From: Trypethelium eluteriae
Taxonomy: Eukaryota
Assembly (NCBI GenBank): GCA_051942245.1
Contig: JAVECL010000212.1
Location: 1-35,593, forward strand
Reading direction: 5' to 3'
Length of the DNA stretch: 35,593 nucleotides
This document shows positions 11,599-21,253 of the stretch, piece after piece; positions within the stretch are counted from its first letter, which is position 1, and every line of letters begins with the position of its first letter. The translations under genes were made by a program, and so were the position numbers. The notes under the pieces were generated by a model. It saw nothing but the letters and a program-made list of their open reading frames with translations. It made no database searches and had not been told where the DNA came from.

Positions 11599-12259
11599 AA
11601 TAGGCTTGGACGCTACCTGGTACAAAGTATATATTCACATCTACCAAAGCCAAAACTGTATGGCTCTAAGAGCTAAAACACAGCAGAGTAAGCTGCTGTC
11701 CTCCAACTCCAAGGATAGAAGTAGACTCAGGATAAAAGAGAAAGGCGGTAATAATAGCAAGGTGGACGGCGGCGGTAGCAGCAGGGGCAGGAGCAGCCTT
11801 AGCATATAACAGTATTAACAAATTATTTGTATAATAGTAATTTGATTTATATTATTGAAAATTTTTTTTTAAGAAAAAGAAAGCTTTTAGGCAAGAGTTT
11901 GATGTTTTATTAACATATCGGTATGTTAAAACCTTATACAAAGGACTTTAAAGCTTAGTTTTAATGGATGTAGAATTATACAATACTAAATTAATAACTT
12001 ATGCTGCTGTTGCTGTTGCTGCTGTTGCTGCTGCTGATTGGTGAAGAAGCAAAAATCAGCTAGGGTAGAGAACAGGCTTGTGTGCGTATGCTAAGCCTAA
12101 TTAGGCATACTTAGCCAACAGAGTATAAAAATACAAATTCTGGATATTATTCAGATATTTATGCAAATGTATCCAAATTCAGCTTTATGTATTCATTATT
12201 TTATTCTGCTATGTTTCCGAACCCTGAGGTATCCGAATTAGGATGATTCGGAGGCCCTG
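11599..12259 (-). mobile_element. Probable truncated end of a hAT-like DNA transposon, RIP-affected
   Basis: The minus strand begins CAGGGCCTCCGAATC at 12259, a hAT-like CAGGG terminus. Subterminal tccga/atcc/ggat words are scattered over 12135-12255. AT-rich composition ends abruptly at 12259. No transposase motif is recognisable. Confidence 0.45.
12002..12036. repeat. Imperfect (TGC/TGT)n trinucleotide microsatellite
   Basis: tgctgctgttgctgttgctgctgttgctgctgctg. Confidence 0.9.
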
Positions 12260-12525
12260 GCGATGAGCTTGAGGGATAGGTAGTGGCATCCGAGGATGGA
12301 GGACAGGCTTGATGAGTATGATCAGGAGGTGAGTTGGAGGATGGAAGAGTTGTATCGGGCGAGGGACAACGCGCTATGGCCTTTTTCGGAGGGATATTTG
12401 TGAAGGCTATCGATGATGGGATTGTGAGCTGATTTGGTTCGGAATATCATGTAAAGGGCGCGATTGGCAATGCTAATTTACAATCAATATAGTCGTACAT
12501 ACGTGAGCTGTTCCCTATATTCGCC

Positions 12526-14268
12526 TTACTTCTCCGCTTCTCCCAGATACACGCGGTCTCCCTTCCAATCTACCGGAACCAAGAGTCCTCCATCCCATTT
12601 CCACCTCTCCACACCATCGTTCCAATTTCTTTCTAGCAAACGTATCCACTGAACCGTCAGCTTCTCTACATAATTTCTCGCCCAGGACTTCCTCTCAATC
12701 TCATCTTCAAATCTGCAAAGATATTCTCCAATCCCGTATCCAAGGTCTCCCCTGTTGTTCCAAGCGTCGGGATACCCATCAGCGGGTGCATCGACTTGCA
12801 AGATCCTGACATACATGCTGAACGCCTCGAACCACAATTGCATCGTTTCTTTGTCGAAATTAGGGACATTTTGCTTTTGATTAAGACTATAGTACGCGGT
12901 CTGAAACCACGATCGTTCCCAGATCTCGTTGGTGAATTGAGCCCAATATCCATCCTTTCGTATGAAATCTGTATCGGGAACATCACTCGCTTTCACCGCA
13001 TCTCCATCAAATACCTGCTGTGTCTGATCGTCACCATTGCTTCCGAAATTCTCAGCCCACGCTGCATGGAAGTTATTGTGCGGCTGATCCCTGAATATCG
13101 TTTGCTCCAAGTGGTGGTATATCCAATCTTCTTCGTTAACATCAAAGTCGGACGGTAGATATTGCCTGTCGGGATCTTTGAAGGTCATCGCCCAGAAGTC
13201 AAAGACGTCCCTCGTGTATTCATCCTCGGACGAAGGTCGAGTGAGGCCCTCTAGGCGCTCGTTATTCCATACTTCCGGATCACTCCCAACACCGCCATCC
13301 GTGGGCAGCCCAAAAAAATTCTTGAAGACGTATATCAGATCATCATCCCCAATCTGCATATGTTTTCCAGGGGTGGTCTTGAAGATCAACCCATCCTTTT
13401 GATCCAATTCCTTCAAACCTAACCAATCCTCCTTGTAAAGCGTCCTCTCTTTAAGCGGCGTCACAACCCTCTCTTGCTCCCCGTCGCTGTCATTCTCAGG
13501 CTTGGGCTTGATCCACACATCTCCAAACCAGGTGCTCTCTGGCTCATGCACCGCGTCCTCCTCTTCAAATTGGTACATCACCAACCTCTCTATAGCACCC
13601 AGATGTTTCTTGTACGTCGCATTCTTCTCTTTCCCCTCATTATTCACATCCGCCAACAAGTTCGAATGCTCCAAGTAAGCCTCCGTCGGTTCACCTGTGT
13701 CATCCTCAATCTCCCTGAAATATTGCGCAGGCACCAATCTATCTTGCACAAAGTCCGACCAAGTGTTACCGCGCAAAAGCGCAAAGGCACCTTTGCAGAG
13801 GAAATCCAGGGGCTTGCATTTCTGGTACTGCGAGATTCCTGAATGCGGACTGCCAAATGTGACAAGACTCCTCACTTTGATCCTGTCACCGCACCTTTCC
13901 ACGAGTGCTCTGAGTAGAACTCCGCCCTGGCTGAACCCCAACGCGTCCACTGCAGGCGCTTTACCAAGCACGGGATGGGAGGCTATAGCATCGCAGACTT
14001 GCCCGATTTGTGTTGTTGTGTTGCCGATGAAGCTTGCAGTGCGATCACTACTGGGATCATCATCGACACGTATGGCGTAAGTGAAAGTTTTGGGGTTGAT
14101 CTCTTGGGCGAGAGAGAGGACGTCTTGGATGCCATCGGCGCGGTAGTTGTCGCCAAGGCCGTGCCAGAGGATAAGAGGGAGTGGAGCGGGAGAAGATGCG
14201 AGAACAGAGTGGGTTCGAAGGGCGAGCAGGACGGTGGCCGAGAGTAGAGTGATCACCGTAGGGAACAT
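12526..14268 (-). CDS. PPT1: Palmitoyl-protein thioesterase 1-like alpha/beta hydrolase with signal peptide and long C-terminal extension (580 aa)
   Basis: ATG at 14268 then a hydrophobic signal (MFPTVITLLSATVLLAL). Motifs PLPLILWHGLGD, nucleophile GFSQGG, SLVTFGSPHSG, VQDRLVPAQYFR, ESTWFG and catalytic His in PGKHMQI. Intronless ORF. Confidence 0.93.
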   Translation of the reverse strand: MFPTVITLLSATVLLALRTHSVLASSPAPLPLILWHGLGDNYRADGIQDVLSLAQEINPKTFTYAIRVDDDPSSDRTASFIGNTTTQIGQVCDAIASHPVLGKAPAVDALGFSQGGVLLRALVERCGDRIKVRSLVTFGSPHSGISQYQKCKPLDFLCKGAFALLRGNTWSDFVQDRLVPAQYFREIEDDTGEPTEAYLEHSNLLADVNNEGKEKNATYKKHLGAIERLVMYQFEEEDAVHEPESTWFGDVWIKPKPENDSDGEQERVVTPLKERTLYKEDWLGLKELDQKDGLIFKTTPGKHMQIGDDDLIYVFKNFFGLPTDGGVGSDPEVWNNERLEGLTRPSSEDEYTRDVFDFWAMTFKDPDRQYLPSDFDVNEEDWIYHHLEQTIFRDQPHNNFHAAWAENFGSNGDDQTQQVFDGDAVKASDVPDTDFIRKDGYWAQFTNEIWERSWFQTAYYSLNQKQNVPNFDKETMQLWFEAFSMYVRILQVDAPADGYPDAWNNRGDLGYGIGEYLCRFEDEIERKSWARNYVEKLTVQWIRLLERNWNDGVERWKWDGGLLVPVDWKGDRVYLGEAEK

Positions 14269-15223
14269 GGTACCATACGTGGCCAAGAGAGTCCTGGGAA
14301 TGCGGCGGCTGGATCCAGTTGCAAAGTACCCGCGTCAAGAATCATCAGCACTGATCGCTATAGTTTCTGCGTCATTGACAGAATCATAAGCAAAGAAACT
14401 GGAGTCGTTGGTTCACGAGGAATCATAGGCATCATTGTAGCTCTGCTAAAGGAAGATCGGGCCGAGCACTACCTACGACTAGTAGTAGTAATAATAGGCC
14501 AACGCCGTCGGTCGCTGCCATTGCATATCTCCAAGCTACACAGAGCAGTGTCCACAACTCTCTACAAAAACGAAGAAAAAGTAGGCGTAGATAATAAATA
14601 AGACAACAGTAAGTTGAATTGATTTACTAGTAAATTTGGCGGGAGTTTTGGCGGATTGTGTGCGAGAGCCTATCATAACACCCGTACACTGGCCGACATA
14701 GCACAGCCACTCGAGCTCTGAGACACTCAAATCTGCCTTTCGGGCCGTAGATTCAATGCACGACACGATAAGGCAGATAGATTTGACTTCCTAACATATT
14801 GCACCGCCCTTGAATCTGGAAAGCAAAAGATGCTGCCTGTCTGCACGTGATCGGGTCTCTTTCTGTCCACGTGACTGAGGCTCCGTAAAGCCTCGTGCCA
14901 GCCTAAGGGTGAACGAAGCTGGGAAGCGGGTATCGCAAAGCTGGGATTTAAATCGAATACCGAATACCTTCAATGAATGAGCTCTGTCAAGAGTCATGGC
15001 GGTCTACAGTCGTTGGAGACTTATGCGAGCACTCTATATGTGACATGCATAATCGGATTCTGTACCAGAGTCTTATAATCTAGATGATGCAGCTCGGAAT
15101 AATTTCGATTTGGACATTCGCAATTCAAGACAGGGATCCGGGAAAGCATAGCCGAGTCTGGAATAGACTATTTCAAATCCTTTACATTTGGCTGAGTCTA
15201 ATCATTTCTATGTTGGTGTCTTA

Positions 15224-15378
15224 TCTCTGCCTAGGTCTCTTGCCTCTGCGCAGGTGCCTTGTCTCTGGATAGGCCTGCGTAGAGATTTGAGATTCGTGTG
15301 AGCCTTCTTAGAGACAAGAGACCTGCGCAGAGGTGAGGGGCCTGTGCAGAGGTAGAAATGAGAGGCCTGCGCGGAGAC
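15224..15378. repeat. Cluster of ~19-bp units in both orientations, forming an inverted repeat
   Basis: Arm 15243-15266 matches the reverse complement of 15310-15333 at 22 of 24 positions. More degenerate copies around the palindromic core ctgcgcag flank both arms. Confidence 0.75.
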
Positions 15379-15543
15379 GAGAGATGCATTTATGGTCAGT
15401 TTTATGCATCCATTACTCTTTTCTATCAGCCATGCTTCCGATATCTGATTTCGTTCAAACCTGTTTTAACTCACCGCTGCTGACCACCTTATTCTACCAT
15501 TACGAGCACCAGATTTTCTTTGTCCGAGGTTAGTAGAGTACGT

Positions 15544-15855
15544 AACGACAAAAGCGAGCTGTCAGAGCCGGATAAGCGTTAGTAGCGCCTCAATGATATA
15601 TACTAACTGCAAGCGTCGAACAGCAGTTGAGCTTTCTTTGTCCAAGATTACTGAAGTCCTCATCAACAACAAAAGCGGACTGTCAGGGCCGGGTAAGCGT
15701 TGGTAGTCGCCTTAACAATATATACAGGCTGCAAACGCCGAAGTTTCTTTGTCTACCTAAGGTCACAAAAATCCTCGACAACAAAAGTGAGCTGCCGAAA
15801 CCGGACTCACGATGGAAGCGCTTCAATACTGCACAGATTGCAAACGCCAAGAGCG
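15544..15855 (+). repeat. Degenerate tandem repeat, three units of about 112-121 bp (third partial)
   Basis: Units start at 15544 (aacgacaaaagcgagctgtcagagccgg), 15665 (aacaacaaaagcggactgtcagggccgg) and 15777 (gacaacaaaagtgagctgccgaaaccgg). Confidence 0.85.
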
Positions 15856-16011
15856 TTCTAACTGTCGACGACTTGGAATATTGAGTACAATAGATTGACT
15901 ACGTATATAAGTTGATGTGACCCCTCAGTTCTCTACTTCCAGTAGCCTCAACACTTTTCTACATCCAAGACTCTGAAAAAAGATCAGCACAAGAACTTGT
16001 TGTTTTGGAAA

Positions 16012-17613
16012 ATGTCTTATTATTCTTTTAAAATCGGTCCTCGTGTCACGTGGACAACAGTCTGTGATATCTGCGGCATCGACGGCAATTCCTCCCAGCA
16101 GACAAAATTGTATGCCGGGGGCCAGTATTCGGCTGAAGTAGTACCACCAGGCTCGGTCCAACTTCGTCACTTTGATGGGACATCTTATTTCTGGGACATC
16201 GGCGACCATTTGTTTCTACGAGATTGCAAGACCTCGGATGCCGACTTAAAATATCCGAAAGCAAGACCAAAGGACAGTTCAAACACAATCCCCCTCGAAG
16301 ATATCGTCCTACCCAATGCCGATTCGAAGCAAGCCATGCTCTCGTTCTATAAGGGCTTAAGTCCGGACTACCTATCTGGAGATATTGTCATCGAACCACT
16401 TCAAACATGGCAAGATAATGATAGAACAGCTACCTTGTTTGAGAAACGAAATTCTATCCGACCTCAGATTCGACGGACTCAATCCGAAGCCTGTTTAAAT
16501 TGCGGATGTCTAAAAGAACACAAAGCATTGTGGACTGAGCAAAATAGAAGTATTATCCAGCTGTCACATCGTACTGGTTTCGACACCTGGTTTTGGTCTA
16601 TTGGGTCCAAAGCTTTTATGAAGGATTTGACGTACGATAATGTAGAATCAGGAGGTGAAGAGGCGGCGGTAGATTTTGTTCGGGAACATACAACTATTCC
16701 AGTTCCTGCTTGGATCCGTTCGTGGCACGAGGGTCACCGAGCCATAACTCTAATGGGTCAATTGCCTGGACAAGACTATGCTGCTGCCGTGAATGAATTA
16801 GATGAAGAAAATAAACCCAAGCTGACTAAGGAGGAGCGGAAAGTAATCGAGCAAGAGGTGGCCGGATATGTAAAGCAGCTACGAGCACTGACTTCACCAC
16901 AGGCTGGGACTGCTGATGGACGGCTTCTACCAAATTTTTCATTTCGGACCCTGGACCTCGAAAGCCACTGGCCACTCTTACCAACCCACGAGGAAGCCAA
17001 AGAAGACTGGTATAACAAGTCCCTCTCAGGAGTATCGCAAGAGGATCTACCGGAGCTTAACCGCCTTAAGGAGACATTTCCAAGCAGTGAGCCTTACACA
17101 TTTACTCATAGTTTTCTTGTCCAAGAAAATGTCATGGTTCACGAGAAACACGTAAGCGGGTTTAGTAATTGGCCATTTGCAGGATTTGCACCGGTACGGG
17201 AAAGACTAAGATGGAAATGAGGGCTAAGGCTAACATAAATTTAGGTCTGGTCGGAGCTGATGCAATGCACCTTCTTCAGTCTGTATGATGTGTTAGACTA
17301 TGACGAAAGCACTGTTGGCTGGATACGGGCGTGGAAAGAAATCTATAACCCAAATTGGATGCGGACGCTGAAACTCTCCCGACAGTTTCGAAACGGTCCG
17401 GAACCGAACAATCCCTGCTGCTCGATTGAAGAATTGGAAAGGCTGAACCAACTCCCTATCGGTCCCCCTCTTCCGCCGAATCCTCTAACGATGAAAGACA
17501 AGCGGGCTCCACGACATCATTTAGATGAAGCAGGGATTTGGCAACAAAGGGAGAGGCTAACACCGATGCTTGAGCTTCCGGAGTTCGATGTTAGTAGGTG
17601 TCATATACAGTGA
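16012..17613 (+). CDS. Aminoglycoside-phosphotransferase (APH)/kinase-like fold protein, probably catalytically inactive; exons 16012-17193 and 17245-17613 (516 aa)
   Basis: Motifs EEAAVDFVREHTTIPVP, LMGQLPG, VAGYVKQLRAL, PYTFTH..L..ENVMV and W.FAGFAP|VWSE. The 51-nt intron (gtacgg...gctaac...ttag) joins the two ORFs in frame. Confidence 0.85.
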
Positions 17614-17655
17614 TAGAATGTGAATGAAGAGCTTTCTGTTGCTCGTACCTTAGAA

Positions 17656-18183
17656 CTATACTTGGTGACTCAAGTGGATCGTCCACACTGCAGCCTGTCT
17701 ACCACAAGTGATGACAACTGAGAGCTCTTCGCCTTCCCCAAGGCATTCTGTCAGAGAGTATGTCCACTTATTGTCGTTGGATGATGCCGGAGATGCCATG
17801 AGTACCCACGGAGGTTTCCCGGGATTCAAGTCCGTGCATACAGGACAGCGGAAGTTCGGTGGGAGGGGTACCCAATTCCCAGGATTTTGGGGGTTCCAGT
17901 TAGCGGCACTCAACGCTCCATTCAGGCTCTCGAAAATGATGTATTGCGGCTTTGGCGATCCGTAATGTAGCTCTAAAGCTAATCTGAACTGTCCATGAGT
18001 ACCAGGGGGAGCACCATTAATTTCACCGGGTACGATAGATATCCTATGGGCACCATTCGCAGCATGGAAGTCGACACTAAGGCGAAGGGTTACTCCAAAT
18101 AGTGGGTTTGCTGTTCCACAACGGAAGCACGCCTGATTAGATGCATGAAACCCTCTTCCACAGTTGAGGTCGACACAGAACAT
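17656..18183 (-). CDS. Hypothetical 175-aa protein with an N-terminal Cys4 zinc-ribbon-like motif
   Basis: ATG-initiated intronless ORF with CVDLNC...CFRCG at the N terminus and a later CPVC. Convergent with the APH-like gene, stops about 42 bp apart. No family recognised. Confidence 0.6.
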   Translation of the reverse strand: MFCVDLNCGRGFHASNQACFRCGTANPLFGVTLRLSVDFHAANGAHRISIVPGEINGAPPGTHGQFRLALELHYGSPKPQYIIFESLNGALSAANWNPQNPGNWVPLPPNFRCPVCTDLNPGKPPWVLMASPASSNDNKWTYSLTECLGEGEELSVVITCGRQAAVWTIHLSHQV

Positions 18184-19414
18184 GTAGAAGGATATTGAAT
18201 TTCTAAGATAGGTAGAAATTGAGCCGTCCGAATCTTGTTCTTGAGATTGATATTAAGGAACAAAACTCTATCCTACCGTGCCTCTCGTCATATAAGAACC
18301 AGAGATTCCATAATGGACGCACTTCTGCCGTTGACCTATGCCACTTCCAAGGTTCCAAAGGTCTGAAACATCACGATAAAGCAGTAGCGACCGAAAAATG
18401 GGGTGTTTGTAGATGGTTTTGAGCTGTACCGCATTCTAAGCATGATAAGAAAGAAAACAGAGTATTAGCTCTTCCCCTCTCATGTCCAGAATGCTTGCAG
18501 ATGGACTCAATGTCATGACTGAAGTTGCATGTTCCCGCTGCATGTTCCCACGGGATGAGACACGCCATTGCTAAGTATACTGGAAACAGGTCGATGCGCT
18601 GTTGAACAAAGGCCAGGCAGGCATATCGTCCTTTTATCCGCGTGATCAGCGGTAGGGAACTTTGATTTCAGCAGCGATTGAGGTGGTCACGATTTCTTCT
18701 GTGTGGATGATCGTCAAAGATGGCCCAGCCACCGTGGCCGTCGCCGACGAGTTGTGCTAAGAACGCGGACTACCCACAGGATCAACACAATGAATGGTCT
18801 GGCAAGTGGAACGCACATCTACGTTCTTAGAAGCTCGCAAGATCACCAAAGAAGAAAAGTCTGCGTATCGTCGACAAAAGATTCAGAGACTGGATTGGTA
18901 AGTGTGCAAGACTCTACTTTTAGGTAAGACCTGTCGCATGTACCTTTGAACTTCTCATCTTGGCAAATCCCGAAGTTTGGCACCCGGCCCACAATACTGG
19001 CAATACGTTGGTTGGAAGACTTGGAGTCTTGGGAAGTCGAATCGATCAGAGTTCATGTTCTACCATCGCTCAGATGACACCCTACCTGCAAATCTCTATC
19101 TTTCGACTCTGTGGGGGAGTTTTCCTATAATCATCGACGCTAGGGCATTCTAAACCTGAGTGTTCCTGGAACGTATGCCAGAATCTTCATGATGCTCACA
19201 ACCGCAAATAGGCAAACGGAAATTTGACTTGGTGATGCTCGAGGAGGATATCTATGTGATGGACCGAGTTGCAAGAGAAATTAAAGTTGGCTGAATCTCA
19301 ATGATACATGAGTTCTATTTGCTCATCAATGCTTCGTATGTTGTGAAGCCTCAAGCCGTCACCTGTTCCACAACACACCTACCGTTCTAATGTGGAAATT
19401 TGATACTGGAAGTT

Positions 19415-20601
19415 CTAGTGGCCAGCAAGGGCGTATGCTCTCCTACGATCTCTCTCCTCGGCAATTGAAAGCTACAAGAGTAACATTAGTGTTGCCCGAC
19501 ATGTCAGATTAAGAGCACAAAGGAAACGTACCTTGACACCCTTGCCCTTGGGCAAACTTATCCATGGCTTCTCCTTCCCAATAACAAAAACGTTGCTCTC
19601 ACGTGTGGCAAATTCGTTGTCGATTGCATCCTTGATATGGACGATATTGAAACCTCCGTCGTGACGTTCACGGTGGGTGATGACACCAACACGACCCATG
19701 TTACGGCCACCGGTAGCCATGGCGATCACTCCTGTGTCAAAGCGTATGAAGTCCTGGATTTTGCCAGTTGCTAACTCGATCTTGACCGTATCGTTGACCT
19801 TGATGGCTGGGTCTGGGTAGCGGATACTGGTCCCTTTGTCAGTCTTTAATACTCTTTGACTCACCAAGCATTGGTAGATCGCCAATCATTCGAGACAATT
19901 CCTCATATTTGACTTTTTCGATCAACCAAAGCTTGGTCCAACGTCTGATAGATGCGTCATGAGAATGAAACTCACGTTCGTGCATCGTGCGTAACCAAGA
20001 ATGGGATCCCGCCTTTGCCGAGTTGTACCCTCTTGACCTTGCCAAGCTTGTATTCCGCCTCTTCGCTCGTGATGCGATGAACAGTGAAGCGTCCCTTGGT
20101 ATCGTAAACGAGACGGAAGTTTTCGTTGGTCTTTTCGACGGTGATCACGTCCATGAAACCCGAAGGGTAGGTGGTGTCAGTGCGGACTTTGCCGTCGACT
20201 TTGACAAGGCGTTGCATGAGGATGGCTTTCGTTTCGCGAGTGTTGAGAGCATATTTGAGACTGCAAGAACAGTCAAATTAACGCCGTGAATCTCGTGGTG
20301 ATGAATTGTTGTAGCTTAATCAGACTGACCGATTACGCAAGAACACAATGAGAGGCATGCAATCCCGCAACTTGTGTGGACCAGGAGATGCGCGAGGGGC
20401 ATAGGCACCGGATAGCTTGTCTAAAAGCCAGTGCGATGGGGCGCTAAGGCGCTTCTGATGCTTCTTTCTGTGTAGCAAAAAGTGAACTTAGTAAAATGAT
20501 CCAAAGTCATCCAGTACGATGCTTCGGCGAGTATCCCAAGCGTGAGATGAACTCGCCAAAGCTTCAATTCTATCAGCAGAAACTTACGGTCCTCTTCCCA
20601 T
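19415..20601 (-). CDS. RPS4: 40S ribosomal protein eS4; exons 20601-20588, 20467-20330, 20260-19976, 19826-19532, 19471-19415 (262 aa)
   Basis: [18 protein letters not shown]...[10 protein letters not shown]...THDARTIRYPDP...[20 protein letters not shown]. All four introns are GT-AG and the exons sum to 789 nt. Confidence 0.99.
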
Positions 20602-21253
20602 GGTTGCGGTATTCAATCACGAGTGTAGATGGAGAAGCTTGGCTTGGTGGGGAGTTGCGGAGTTGCAATAATCATTGGAGTTACTTGTGCGCGCTAGCGA
20701 AAAGCGAAGGACAAATTGTTGTCACGCCTCTTTCGTCCCCAAGGTTCGCCGATCTGAACTACAATTATTTGCGATGTACCTGAGACCATGAGGAAGACAA
20801 AATTCTCCCAGATTCTATCGTCGATTCATTCTGTTAACTCAACCAGATGCATCCCAGTCTGAGATTGCTTGGTCATCCTTCTGCCAGCCTCTCGGCTTCG
20901 TACGGGCAAACCAAGCTTGCGACTACGTCGGTAATCAAGCTTCAAATTACATGCTACTTCAGCGTGTTGAAATCATAACAAAGGTAAGAACCTTATCATG
21001 TGGCATATGCCTAGAAAACATGCATGTGCCACGCCTGCAATCTCTCTGCAGCTAGTACGAGCAGGCCAGAATGAGACGGTGAGTTGTCCCTGGGGCGTAA
21101 CCGCTGGCGGCGAGCAGGCTGTCTTCCAGCCTTGAAGCTCTCAGTTGAAACCTCAAGACTCCTCCACTATCAAACAGTCCAAATTTTCTGTCAGAAGCAT
21201 CCTACACATTACCATACTCGATCAGAGCCAAACCAGTTCCCCCATTGGCCCTC

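Noticed and set aside
9539..11603. Two similar + strand ORFs (9539-9751 and 11421-11603) as a small gene family
   Set aside because: Both lie in LTR U3, antisense to the element, with non-ATG starts. Their similarity simply reflects LTR homology.
15544..15855. CRISPR-like array
   Set aside because: Eukaryotic context, units are homologous over their whole length with no unique spacers, and no cas genes are present.
18200..19400. Gene between the orphan ORF and the RPS4 3' end
   Set aside because: Only short ORFs with no coding signal; treated as intergenic or UTR.
19827..20587. Intronic box C/D snoRNA in RPS4
   Set aside because: I found no good RUGAUGA box C paired with a terminal CUGA and stem. 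The CTGA near the 3' end of intron 3 is the branch site.
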